Shown here piece by piece: positions 6,706 through 15,367 of a stretch of 32,000 bases of DNA; within the stretch, counting starts at the first letter, position 1; each line of letters opens with the position of its first letter. The DNA is taken from positions 1,200,001 through 1,232,000 of the forward strand of contig NC_013967.1 of the NCBI RefSeq assembly GCF_000025685.1, read 5' to 3'. Origin of the DNA: Haloferax volcanii DS2. GTDB taxonomy: Archaea; Halobacteriota; Halobacteria; Halobacteriales; Haloferacaceae. Position numbers and translations under genes: made by a program. The notes beneath the pieces were generated by a model, which saw nothing but the letters and a program-made list of their open reading frames with translations, had not been told where the DNA came from and did no database searches.

Positions 6706-8916
6706 ATGTCAGAAGATGGGGTGACGCTCGTCGTCCGCGCCGCGGAGAAACGCGACGCGGGCCGCGGCATCGCCCGCCTCCCCGAGGCCGCCCGCCGGGC
6801 ACTCGGCGTGCTCAGCGGCGAGACGGTCGTCATCGAGGGCTCCAGAGAGACGGTCGCGAAGATGTGGCCCGCCCGCCCCGGCGCGGCGGCGGGCGAGATG
6901 CTCGTCGACGCCGACACGCGGGCCAACGCCGGCGTGAAAATCGGTGACAGCGTCCGCGTCAGGAAGATAGCCGTCGAAGACGCGCGGTCCGTGACGCTCG
7001 CCGGCCCCAGCGCCTTCGAGCGGACCAGCGTGGACCGCGAGACCATCGAGGAGGTCGTGAAGGCGGAGCTCCGGAACCGCCCGGTCCGCGAGGGCGACCG
7101 CGTCCGCGTCGAACGCCTCGGCGGGGCCGCCCTCGCCGTCAGCGAAACCGCCCCGGAGGGCGTGGTCCGCGTCACCGACGCGACGACCGTCTCCGTGACG
7201 GCGGCGAATTCGAAGGACGCGAGCGAGGCCGTCCGCGACGCCGTCAAGAGCATGACCGGTAGCGACGACGGCGGCGACGACGGGAGCCGCGGCCGAGCGA
7301 CGGGCGTCACCTACGAGGACATCGGCGGCCTCGACGACGAACTCGACCTCGTCCGCGAGATGATAGAGCTCCCGCTGTCCGAACCCGAGGTGTTCGCCCA
7401 CCTCGGCATCGAGCCGCCGAAGGGCGTGCTCCTCCACGGCCCGCCGGGCACGGGGAAGACCCTCATCGCCAAGGCCGTCGCCAACGAGGTCGACGCGAGT
7501 TTCACGACCATCTCCGGGCCCGAGGTGCTCTCGAAGTACAAAGGCGAGTCCGAGGAGAAGCTGCGAGAGGTGTTCCAGTCGGCCCGCGAGAACGCGCCGG
7601 CCATCATCTTCTTCGACGAAATCGACTCCATCGCGTCGAAGCGCGACGACGGCGGCGACCTCGAAAACCGCGTCGTCGGCCAACTGCTGTCGCTCATGGA
7701 CGGACTGGACGCCCGCGGCGACGTGGTCGTCATCGGCGCGACGAACCGCGTCGACAGCCTCGACCCGGCGCTCCGCCGGGGCGGCCGCTTCGACCGCGAA
7801 ATCGAAATCGGCGTCCCGAACGAGGCGGGCCGCCGCGAGATTCTCGACGTGCACACCCGGCGGATGCCACTCGCCGAGGGCGTGGACATCGACCGACTGG
7901 CCTCCCGAACCCACGGCTTCGTCGGTGCCGACCTCGAATCGCTGGCCAAGGAGGCCGCGATGACCGCGCTCCGGCGCGTCCGCCGCGAGGGCGGGGGCGG
8001 AAGCGGGGACGGTGGCGGGAAGGTCGCCGTCGCGGACATGACCGTCACGCGCGCCGACTTCGAGTCGGCGATGGCGACGGTCGAACCCTCGGCGATGCGC
8101 GAGTACGTCGCCGAACAGCCGACCGAGGGCTTCGAGGGCGTCGGCGGTCTCGACGACGTGAAGCGGACGCTCGAACGGGCGGTGACGTGGCCGCTGACCT
8201 ACGCGCCGCTGTTCGAGGCGGCCTCGACCGACCCGCCGACCGGCCTGCTCTTACACGGGCCACCGGGGACCGGCAAGACGATGCTCGCCCGCGCCATCGC
8301 GGCCGAAAGCGGCGTCAACTTCATCCACGTCGCCGGCCCCGAACTGCTGGACCGCTACGTCGGCGAGTCCGAGAAGTCCGTCCGCGAGGTGTTCGACCGC
8401 GCCCGACAGGCCGCGCCGAGTATCGTCTTCTTCGACGAGATAGACGCCATCGCCACCGACCGCGACAGCGCCGGCTCCGACTCGGGCGTCTCCGAGCGCG
8501 TCGTCTCGCAACTCCTGACGGAGATGGACAACGCCGCCGACAACCCGAACCTCGTCGTCCTCGCGGCGACGAACCGCCGGGACGCGCTCGACCCCGCGCT
8601 CCTCCGACCCGGTCGGCTGGAGACCCACGTCGAGGTTCCCGCCCCGGACATCGAGGCACGCCGCGCCATCCTCGACGTGCACGTCCGCGACAAGCCGCTC
8701 GGCACCGACGTGGACCTCGGCGACGTGGCCACCCACATGGACGGCTACACCGGGGCCGACGTGGCCGCGGTCTGCCGCGAGGCCGCGCTCCGGGCGATTC
8801 AGGACGTGGCCGACGCCTACGATGGCACCGAGGCGAACGAGCACGCCGACGAGGTGCGCATCACCCGCGCGCACTTCGATGCGGCGCTGGAATCGGTCTC
8901 GCCGACGCGGGTCTGA
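6706..8916 (+). CDS. cdc48: Cdc48/VCP-family AAA+ ATPase (two AAA domains)
   Basis: 736 aa from ATG 6706. It has an N-terminal Cdc48-N-like domain, two Walker A motifs (GPPGTGKT) and two Walker B motifs (IIFFDEIDS, IVFFDEIDA). The upstream 954-aa extension is Arg-rich and overlaps other genes. Confidence 0.96.
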   Translation: MSEDGVTLVVRAAEKRDAGRGIARLPEAARRALGVLSGETVVIEGSRETVAKMWPARPGAAAGEMLVDADTRANAGVKIGDSVRVRKIAVEDARSVTLAGPSAFERTSVDRETIEEVVKAELRNRPVREGDRVRVERLGGAALAVSETAPEGVVRVTDATTVSVTAANSKDASEAVRDAVKSMTGSDDGGDDGSRGRATGVTYEDIGGLDDELDLVREMIELPLSEPEVFAHLGIEPPKGVLLHGPPGTGKTLIAKAVANEVDASFTTISGPEVLSKYKGESEEKLREVFQSARENAPAIIFFDEIDSIASKRDDGGDLENRVVGQLLSLMDGLDARGDVVVIGATNRVDSLDPALRRGGRFDREIEIGVPNEAGRREILDVHTRRMPLAEGVDIDRLASRTHGFVGADLESLAKEAAMTALRRVRREGGGGSGDGGGKVAVADMTVTRADFESAMATVEPSAMREYVAEQPTEGFEGVGGLDDVKRTLERAVTWPLTYAPLFEAASTDPPTGLLLHGPPGTGKTMLARAIAAESGVNFIHVAGPELLDRYVGESEKSVREVFDRARQAAPSIVFFDEIDAIATDRDSAGSDSGVSERVVSQLLTEMDNAADNPNLVVLAATNRRDALDPALLRPGRLETHVEVPAPDIEARRAILDVHVRDKPLGTDVDLGDVATHMDGYTGADVAAVCREAALRAIQDVADAYDGTEANEHADEVRITRAHFDAALESVSPTRV

Positions 8917-9016
8917 CGGGCGGCGACCCCCGAGGAACGCCCGTTCCCGCTCACCTGCGAGATTATCTCGTTTCGCCGCGTACTGTGTTCCATGTTCACT
9001 CGAAACAGAGTGTGTC

Positions 9017-9334
9017 GTGAACGCGGCGTGGCGGCGGAAGGTCCGCCGGGAGTGGGACGCGTTGACCGGCGGCCCGCTGTCCGCGACGTGGTGGGTGACG
9101 AAGGCCGGCCTCCGGGTCGCGTTCGCCGAGGCGATGTTCATGGTTCTCGTGTTGCTGAACAACGACGCGGACGCCCTCTCGGCCGTCGCCGACGGCGAGG
9201 CCTCGGTGTTCTCGCTGGTCGCGCTCGTCCTCGTGACGCCCGAGTACCTCGCCATCGCGGGCATCGTCTTCGCCGTCGCGCTCTTGCTTCCGTTCCTCCC
9301 GCGGCGCAACGAGGCGACCAACCGCTGGGAGTAG
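9017..9334 (+). CDS. small membrane protein (about 105 aa)
   Basis: GC3-biased, hydrophobic frame (AFAEAMFMVLVLL...SVFSLVALVLVTPEYLAIAGIVFAVALLLPF). GTG 9017 is the first plausible start after the cdc48 stop. The start is uncertain. Confidence 0.55.
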   Translation: MNAAWRRKVRREWDALTGGPLSATWWVTKAGLRVAFAEAMFMVLVLLNNDADALSAVADGEASVFSLVALVLVTPEYLAIAGIVFAVALLLPFLPRRNEATNRWE

Positions 9335-9402
9335 GCCGTAACGCGTCATCGAGACGGCCGGCGACGACCCCACTCCCGAAGTGCCGCCGCGACCGACCCA
9401 GC

Positions 9403-10143
9403 TCACGCCAGTCGCGCCCGATAGTAACTCGAATCGGGATTCGGGACGGTCACATCGCGCACGTCGAGGCCCGCCTCGGCCGCAACCGCCCGGAGTCGTG
9501 CGGGCGAGACGAGAACGAAGTCGAGCATCGGTCCGTGGAGGTCGCCGTATTCGACGCGGAACGTCCGTCGAGCGACGCCCTCTCGCGGGTCTGACCGGTA
9601 ACCGAAGAAGCGCTCGGGGTCGGTGCGCGTCGGGTCGTAGGAGTCCACGACGACCTCGCCGGACGGCGAGGTGAGGTCGGCAAACGACGCGAGCAGGTCG
9701 GCGAGTCGATCCAGCGAGCCCGCGAGTCCGACCTGCGTCCCGTTGGCGAGGACCGTCTCGAACCCTCCTGCCGACGAACCCACTCGGCTCGCCTCGACCG
9801 GCGGGTCGAACATATCGCCGACGACCGCTGTCTCGACGCCGCGCTTGCGGGCCGCGCGAACCGCGTTCGGACTCACGTCGAAGGCGACGACCTCGCCGCG
9901 CGCTTGCACGGCGAGGGCGTGTTGGCCCGCGCCGCACCCCACGTCGAGGACGGGCGTTCGAAGCGAGTCGACGAACTCGCGCTTCGCGGCGGGCCACCGC
10001 TCGGACGGGACGAGATAGTTCTCGTAGACGTGCGCGTCGCCGGCAGTACCACGGGCGTCGTCGCCGGCGCGGTAGACGCACGGGGCGCGCAGACAGCCGC
10101 GAACCCGGTCCAACATCGCCAGTCCGAGGGCGTCGTCGGGCAT
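9403..10143 (-). CDS. class I SAM-dependent methyltransferase
   Basis: 246 aa. Motif I is VLDVGCGAGQ, followed by VVAFDVSP and VVGDM. An AT-rich promoter region (10165-10195) lies upstream. Confidence 0.85.
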   Translation of the reverse strand: MPDDALGLAMLDRVRGCLRAPCVYRAGDDARGTAGDAHVYENYLVPSERWPAAKREFVDSLRTPVLDVGCGAGQHALAVQARGEVVAFDVSPNAVRAARKRGVETAVVGDMFDPPVEASRVGSSAGGFETVLANGTQVGLAGSLDRLADLLASFADLTSPSGEVVVDSYDPTRTDPERFFGYRSDPREGVARRTFRVEYGDLHGPMLDFVLVSPARLRAVAAEAGLDVRDVTVPNPDSSYYRARLA

Positions 10144-10214
10144 GACGAGTCGTTCGTCACCCCCGTGTAAATCATATTTAATTTGTTGGTTGGTAGCAAT
10201 TGACGGACTTAGCG

Positions 10215-10835
10215 TCAGTCCAACCGGTCCAAGTCGCCGTGTAGCTCGCGGTTCATCACGTCCGCGACGAACAGTCGGATGCGCTTGTGGAGTTCCGCTT
10301 CGGTGTCGTAGGTCTCGACGCGGAGGTCCCAGCGGGCGCGCGCCGCGCGAATCATCTCGCTCGTGACCGTCGCTTCGTGGACGAAGACGATTCTGTCGCC
10401 GTGGGTCTCTGAGAGCCGTTCGAGTATCGACCCCGCCTCCTCGCCGACGCCGAAGTTGTGGCCGAGAAACGGCAGCACGAACACGGTGGCGTTGCTCGCT
10501 GCGGCGAACGCGAGCGACTGCGTCGCGGCGTCCACCTCGTCAGTGCTGAGGTCCACGTCGACGGCGAGAAAAGCGTTGACCCCGGGGTCGGCGCGGAGCG
10601 TTCCTTGCACCCGCCGGAGGAGCGCGAGCGCGTCGTCCACCTCGTCCCGCGCGGCGAACAGCTTTCGAATCGGGCCCGGGAGGTCGTCGATGTCGATGGC
10701 GGCGAGTTCCTCCTCCGAGAGGACGTAGTTGAGGTTGAACGACTTGTACGGACCCATCACGTAGACGAGAAACCGGTCGTAGGTCGTTCGCCCGAGCGCC
10801 GCTCGTATCTCGTCGCGCGAGATGGCGTCCGTCAT
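10215..10835 (-). CDS. hypothetical protein with nucleoside 2-deoxyribosyltransferase-like / TIR-like motifs
   Basis: 206 aa from ATG 10835. A consensus TATA box TTTATATA (complement of 10858-10865) is centred about 27 nt upstream. The motifs FLVYVMGPY and VFVLPFLGHNFGVGEEAGS resemble the NDT-like fold signature (inference). Confidence 0.75.
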   Translation of the reverse strand: MTDAISRDEIRAALGRTTYDRFLVYVMGPYKSFNLNYVLSEEELAAIDIDDLPGPIRKLFAARDEVDDALALLRRVQGTLRADPGVNAFLAVDVDLSTDEVDAATQSLAFAAASNATVFVLPFLGHNFGVGEEAGSILERLSETHGDRIVFVHEATVTSEMIRAARARWDLRVETYDTEAELHKRIRLFVADVMNRELHGDLDRLD

Positions 10836-10857
10836 GGACACACGTACCGCGCGGTAG

Positions 10858-10865
10858 TATATAAA
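10858..10865 (-). promoter_or_regulatory. TATA box (TTTATATA) for the 10215-10835 gene
   Basis: Centred about 27 nt upstream of ATG 10835, the spacing expected for a leaderless haloarchaeal transcript. Confidence 0.6.
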
Positions 10866-10933
10866 GTCGGGATTTTTCAGCGGAGTTCGACTCAAGAACT
10901 GTTAAACCGATACGCTCCGTCTAGCGAACCGAG

Positions 10934-11335
10934 ATGGCGACGAACGACCCGGTCGATTCGGACGGCCTCCCCGAGGACCCCGCCGAGTTGCTGCCGCCGA
11001 CGAGCGTCCTCACGCTGGACGAGTACCTCGACATGCAGGCCGCACTCGGCGACCGGACGCGCTTTACCCTGCTGTACCGCCTGGTCCACTTCGGCGAGCG
11101 AAGTCCGAAAGCGCTGGCCGAGGCGCTCGACGTGCAGGCGAACACGCTGCACTACCACCTCAACAAACTCGTCGACGCCGGGTTGGTCGAGAAGCGAAAG
11201 CGGTCGCAGGCCGACGATGAGGGGCTGTTTTCGTACTACCGCGCCACGTCGCTCGGCTCCGACATCCTCGAACACGGCGTCGAGGAGCTCATCCGGCGCG
11301 AGCGCGACTATCGGAACGCCTACGCGTCGGAGTAG
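10934..11335 (+). CDS. ArsR-like winged-helix transcriptional regulator
   Basis: 133 aa with an acidic N-terminal tail. The wHTH reads LGDRTRFTLLYRLVHFGERSPKALAEALDVQANTLHYHLNKLVDAGLVEKRKR. It is divergent from the 10215-10835 gene. Confidence 0.8.
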   Translation: MATNDPVDSDGLPEDPAELLPPTSVLTLDEYLDMQAALGDRTRFTLLYRLVHFGERSPKALAEALDVQANTLHYHLNKLVDAGLVEKRKRSQADDEGLFSYYRATSLGSDILEHGVEELIRRERDYRNAYASE

Positions 11336-11426
11336 CAGCGTCGCGGGCGACCGCCGCGTCTCAGCCCGCACCCGTCTACTGCCGAAGCCGCCGCCTATTT
11401 GGCACTCGCTCGCACAGGCTGAAGCG

Positions 11427-11816
11427 ATGTCCAATCTCCTCCCCGAGGAAGCAGAGGAAAAGCTCGTCACCGTCTGCCGCACGGCCGTCGGCGACAGCCT
11501 CCGCTCGCTCACCTACTTCAACCGCTTCGACTACGTGCAGGTGTACCTCCGCGAGGACCTCGAACAGGAGGCCGACCTGAACTCCTTTATCGGCAACGAG
11601 TGGCACGACTTCAAGATGACCCAGGACGCCTACCGCGGCTCCGAACTCGGCGACTACGAGTACACGATTCGCGTGTTCGAAAACGGCTACCTCGTTCGCA
11701 TCACCGTCGAGGACTTCGGCGTCTTCGTCACCACCGACGGCATCTCGATGCAGGACTTCGAGGCGCTGGCGGCCGCGACGACCGAGATTCTCGACGAGTG
11801 GGCCATCGAGGAGTAA
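11427..11816 (+). CDS. conserved haloarchaeal acidic alpha/beta protein of unknown function (129 aa)
   Basis: ATG is at 11427, with a TATA-like CTATTTG (about 11394-11402) some 29 nt upstream. GC3 bias is strong. No catalytic motif recognised. Confidence 0.75.
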   Translation: MSNLLPEEAEEKLVTVCRTAVGDSLRSLTYFNRFDYVQVYLREDLEQEADLNSFIGNEWHDFKMTQDAYRGSELGDYEYTIRVFENGYLVRITVEDFGVFVTTDGISMQDFEALAAATTEILDEWAIEE

Positions 11817-11840
11817 GCGGGCGAACCGGAATCCACCCCG

Positions 11841-14681
11841 TCAGTCCCAGAACGACTGGGTTCGGGCGTACTCGCGCTCCCGTTCGAGGATGTCACGGTA
11901 GAAGTCGTCTTCGTCCTCGCGGAGCTTGTTGATGATGCGCGCGGCGTTGTGCGGGCCGACCCCACGGGCCGCGAGCGCGACGACCGCCCGCTTGCCGTGG
12001 GCCTGCACGAGACTCGCCGAGCGGTAGGCCCGCTTCGTCAGTCGCTCCTGTTCGTCGTCTTTCTCCGGCGCGCGGACCGCTTTCACCGTCTCCTCGTCCC
12101 ACGGATTGAGCGCGGCGACGCGGGTCGCGCCGCACTCGGGGCACGCCACGGGGTCGCGGACGCGCTTTACCTTCGTCTTTCGAGTCCAGTCTTTGCAGTG
12201 GAGACACGCCAACAGCACGCGGTCGTTCTGAATCCGGTCGCGGACCGTCTCGATGACGCTCGCGTCGGCGTTCTCGGGGACGAGCAGGTCGGTTCCCGAC
12301 CCGCGGCCGCCGGTGCCGATGGCGGTCGGTTCGCGGGCGACGGCGAGTTCCACGTCGCCGTCGCGGACGCGGCGGAGCAGTTCGACCGTCTCCGCGACGG
12401 CGAGGTCGGTGTGGAACACCTCGCGGATGGCCTCGTCGTAGACGGGCGTGTCCTCCAGCGCGGCGAGGAGGCGGTCGCCGCCGAAGCGACCCTTCCCCTG
12501 ATAGCGCTTGAGCGCGCCGAACTTCGCGGCCACCTGTGCGAGCGTGAACTTCAGCGAGTCCGACCGCTTGAGCGCGAGTTCGAGCAGGGCCTCGACGTGG
12601 TCGGGGTCGGTCTCGCGGAGCACCTCGGCGAACGTCGTCGGGCGGACCTTCCCCGGCACGTCGAACTCGATGCGGTAGGGGTCGACCTCCATCCCGACCG
12701 AGGAACCGGTCCGCTGGCCGATGAGCGCCGACAGGAGCCGCCCGAGCGTCTCGTTCACCCGGTGGCCGTACGGCGAGTTCAGCGTCACCTTCCGGGGCGA
12801 GCCTTCGAGGACGAGCCTGTTCGCGGTCGGAATCGGCGCGTCGGCCTCGACCTGTTTCTCGATGGGGCCGAGCGCCGACCTGACCGTGGCCTCGTCGGTC
12901 GGGTAGCGCATGGCGATGTCGCGGGCGACGGCCTCGCGGTCGGCCCCGGATTCGAACTGCGGTGCGGCCACGTCGCGGAGTTCGCCCACCTCGCCGGCGA
13001 CCGGTGCGGGCACCGGAATCTCCGAGCCGACCCACGACGGCACCTCGCCGCCGGGGTCCTCGATGGGCGAGACGTTCACCCGCGCCTCCTCGTCGTCCAC
13101 GTCGTTGACGCGCCACATCTCGCCGCGCTGGATGAACGTCGCGCCCGGCGCGGCGAAGTTGAGGACGAACTTCTCGTTGAGCGTCCCGATCTGGCGGCGC
13201 GAGGAGATGTCGTGGACGTCGTAGGTCTCCTCGTCGGGAATCATCGAGAGGTTGGCGTAGAAGTACTGCCACGTGCCGCCGGACTTCTCGAGGAGGTCCT
13301 TGTCCTCGTCGAGCCAGAGGAGGTGGTTCCCCGAAAGCTCGCGGACGACGGCGCGGAAGTCGTCCTCGTCTAGGTCGCGGAAGGGGTACGCCCGCGTGAT
13401 AATCTCGTAGGCGCGGCGGGCCGACACGTCGCCGTAGTCCATGACGACGCCGACGATTTGGTTGGCGACGGTGTCGAGGCTCCCGTGGTGGACGCGGGCG
13501 GGTTCGACCTCGCCGGAGACGGCCCGCCGGGCGATGGCGAGCGCTTCGAGCGTGTCGTCGGGGTGGTCGGTGACGACGGTCCCGCGGGAGACGACGCCCA
13601 AGCGGTGGCCCGCCCGGCCGACTCGCTGGAGGAGCCGCGACACCTCGCGCGGACTGTTGTACTGGACGACGTGGTCGACTCGTCCCACGTCGATACCGAG
13701 TTCCATCGACGACGTGCAGATGAGTGCGTCCAACTCGCCGGCCTTGAAGCGGTCTTCCACGTCGATGCGCACGTCTTTCGACAGCGAGCCGTGGTGGACC
13801 TCGATGGGGTCACCGAGCGACTTGAACCGCGAACCGAGCGCCTCCGCGGTCTGTCTGGTGTTGACGAAGACGAGCACCGACTCGTGGTCGCGGACGATGT
13901 CTCGAATCGTCCGGACGTGACTCGCTATCTCGGGGTCGGTGGCGAGTTTCCCCGCCAGCGCCTCGTCCTCGTTCGTCACCTCGGGACGGACCACCTCGAA
14001 CTCGACGCGGTTGTCCACGTCGACCTCGATGACCTCGAACGGGCGGTCGCCGGTCAGGAACTTCCCAACCTCGTCGGGCGACCCGACCGTCGCCGAGAGG
14101 CCGATTCGCTGGAACGCCCCGGCCAACTCGCGGAGGCGCTCCAAACCGATTGTCAACTGCGCGCCGCGCTTGGCCGACGCGAGTTCGTGGACCTCGTCGA
14201 CGACGACGTGATGCACGTCGGAGAGGGCTTTCCTGAGCTTCTTCCCCGTGAGCATCGCCTGCAACGTCTCGGGCGTCGTCACCAGCACGTCCGGCGGGTC
14301 GTTCGCCTGCTTCTGGCGCTGGTACTGCGTGGTGTCGCCGTGGCGAACGTCGATGTCGATGTCGAGCTGTTCGCCCCACCAGTCGAGTCGCTCGCGCATG
14401 TCGCGGTTCAGCGCCCGAAGCGGGGTGATGTAGAGCGCCGAAATCCCGAATCGGTCCTCGGCGTCGGCGATGGCCGAAAACACCGGCAGCATCGCCGTCT
14501 CGGTCTTGCCGGTGCCCGTGGGCGCGATGATGAGACCGTTGTTTCCGTCCGCAAGCGGGGGAATCGCCCGGCGCTGCGGCTCGGTGGGCGTCGTGAAGCC
14601 GCGCTCCGAGAGCGCGTTCCGAACGGGCGACGAGAGCGTCGCGAAGGCGTCCATTCCGGCGGCGGCCTCGCCGTCTGGCAT
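11841..14681 (-). CDS. lhr: Lhr-like SF2 ATP-dependent DNA helicase (DEAD/DEAH box, archaeal Lhr2-type)
   Basis: 946 aa. Walker A is APTGTGKT and the DEVH box is VVVDEVHEL. It has helicase C motifs, a long Lhr-type C-terminal region and a C4 zinc ribbon (CLHCKDW...CPECG). Confidence 0.9.
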   Translation of the reverse strand: MPDGEAAAGMDAFATLSSPVRNALSERGFTTPTEPQRRAIPPLADGNNGLIIAPTGTGKTETAMLPVFSAIADAEDRFGISALYITPLRALNRDMRERLDWWGEQLDIDIDVRHGDTTQYQRQKQANDPPDVLVTTPETLQAMLTGKKLRKALSDVHHVVVDEVHELASAKRGAQLTIGLERLRELAGAFQRIGLSATVGSPDEVGKFLTGDRPFEVIEVDVDNRVEFEVVRPEVTNEDEALAGKLATDPEIASHVRTIRDIVRDHESVLVFVNTRQTAEALGSRFKSLGDPIEVHHGSLSKDVRIDVEDRFKAGELDALICTSSMELGIDVGRVDHVVQYNSPREVSRLLQRVGRAGHRLGVVSRGTVVTDHPDDTLEALAIARRAVSGEVEPARVHHGSLDTVANQIVGVVMDYGDVSARRAYEIITRAYPFRDLDEDDFRAVVRELSGNHLLWLDEDKDLLEKSGGTWQYFYANLSMIPDEETYDVHDISSRRQIGTLNEKFVLNFAAPGATFIQRGEMWRVNDVDDEEARVNVSPIEDPGGEVPSWVGSEIPVPAPVAGEVGELRDVAAPQFESGADREAVARDIAMRYPTDEATVRSALGPIEKQVEADAPIPTANRLVLEGSPRKVTLNSPYGHRVNETLGRLLSALIGQRTGSSVGMEVDPYRIEFDVPGKVRPTTFAEVLRETDPDHVEALLELALKRSDSLKFTLAQVAAKFGALKRYQGKGRFGGDRLLAALEDTPVYDEAIREVFHTDLAVAETVELLRRVRDGDVELAVAREPTAIGTGGRGSGTDLLVPENADASVIETVRDRIQNDRVLLACLHCKDWTRKTKVKRVRDPVACPECGATRVAALNPWDEETVKAVRAPEKDDEQERLTKRAYRSASLVQAHGKRAVVALAARGVGPHNAARIINKLREDEDDFYRDILEREREYARTQSFWD

Positions 14682-14704
14682 CGCCCGAGGTTACGGTTCG
14701 AGGC

Positions 14705-14712
14705 GATTAAGC
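14705..14712 (-). promoter_or_regulatory. TATA-like element (GCTTAATC) for lhr
   Basis: Centred about 27 nt upstream of ATG 14681. Confidence 0.45.
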
Positions 14713-14771
14713 GCACCGCTCGGGGCGGTCCCCACCGGGAGATTCATGTCGTCCGTGAATCAATTTCGGGC

Positions 14772-15047
14772 GTGTCCCCGAAACGAGCCTACTGGCTCGC
14801 GTTCGTCGTCTTCGGACTCTCGGCCGCCGTCGGCGTCGCGCTCGACCTCGCAACGGGAGCCGCCGATATCGGCACCGCGGCGGCGGCCGCCGGCGCGGTC
14901 ACCGTCATCTATGGGGCGGTCGTCGCCCTCCGCGACCCCGACCGCGCCCGATTTCCGTCTGATTGGGGGCCGCTGGAGCATGGAGTCGCCGCCGCCGGGC
15001 TCTACACGGTCGGCATCGCCTTCCAACTGTACGCGGTGGTGACGTGA
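14772..15047 (+). CDS. small membrane protein (91 aa)
   Basis: GTG 14772 begins the GC3-biased hydrophobic frame (YWLAFVVFGLSAAVGVALDL...AAGLYTVGIAFQLYAVV). The rest of the 529-aa track ORF is antisense to lhr. Confidence 0.6.
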   Translation: MSPKRAYWLAFVVFGLSAAVGVALDLATGAADIGTAAAAAGAVTVIYGAVVALRDPDRARFPSDWGPLEHGVAAAGLYTVGIAFQLYAVVT

Positions 15048-15322
15048 CGCCCGAACGGTCCTTTTGGCTGTCGCAGGCGGGCTTTACCGCCGGAAACCTG
15101 CTTATGGTCCTCGGTAACCAACGGGGCGACCTCGGGGCGTGGCAACTGGTCTTCGCCGCGGTGCTCGTGCTCTCGACGCTCTGGTTCGTCGGCTACGCCG
15201 TTCGAGAGCGGGTGAAGGGTATGCCGGAGTTCTTCCGCGAGTGGACCGGCTGGCAGCGACTCGCCCGCGTGGCGAGCGTCACCGTGTTCGTGCTCGGTAC
15301 GCTCACGTTCGTCTTCGGGTAG
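15044..15322 (+). CDS. small membrane protein (92 aa)
   Basis: GTG 15044 overlaps the upstream stop (GTGA). The sequence FWLSQAGFTAGNLLMVLG...WQLVFAAVLVLSTLWFVGYAV...VASVTVFVLGTLTFVFG predicts 3 TM helices. Confidence 0.6.
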   Translation: MTPERSFWLSQAGFTAGNLLMVLGNQRGDLGAWQLVFAAVLVLSTLWFVGYAVRERVKGMPEFFREWTGWQRLARVASVTVFVLGTLTFVFG

Positions 15323-15367
15323 GCGGGGCGTGGGTTCTGCCGACCGCGACCACCGCGACGACCCGAG

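Noticed and set aside
6709-7914. Long ORFs antisense to well-supported genes. Examples: 367-1206(-), 3295-4290(+), 6709-7914(-), 8251-9321(-), 11949-13373(+), 13458-14760(+), 19374-20969(+), 19081-19968(-), 24432-25292(-), 26244-27488(+), 27395-28402(-), 29151-30908(-).
   Set aside because: They are Arg/Gly/Pro/Ala-rich with no recognisable motifs. Each lies opposite a gene with clear family signatures and correct GC3 bias. These are typical shadow ORFs of a high-GC genome.
8860-8916. The Cdc48 C-terminus (…ESVSPTRV) lacks an obvious hydrophobic-Tyr-X proteasome-docking tail.
   Set aside because: I cannot verify from memory which haloarchaeal Cdc48 paralogues carry the motif. Without an alignment this is not a reliable anomaly.
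8961-9016. ATG 8992 is positioned exactly about 27 nt after an ATTATC element and is followed by a CACTC-gaaaca-GAGTG hairpin. This could be a leaderless start for the downstream membrane gene.
   Set aside because: ATG 8992 is out of frame with the hydrophobic GC3-biased frame, and its own frame looks non-coding. More likely it marks a TSS giving a roughly 25-nt leader before GTG 9017. Evidence is insufficient to call a uORF or frameshift.
11841-14681. The Lhr and Rad3 helicases (with the NDT/TIR-like gene) as components of an anti-phage defence island.
   Set aside because: Both helicases have the full architecture of core repair families. The flanks are housekeeping genes. There are no integrases, IS elements, TA or restriction genes, and no composition anomaly.
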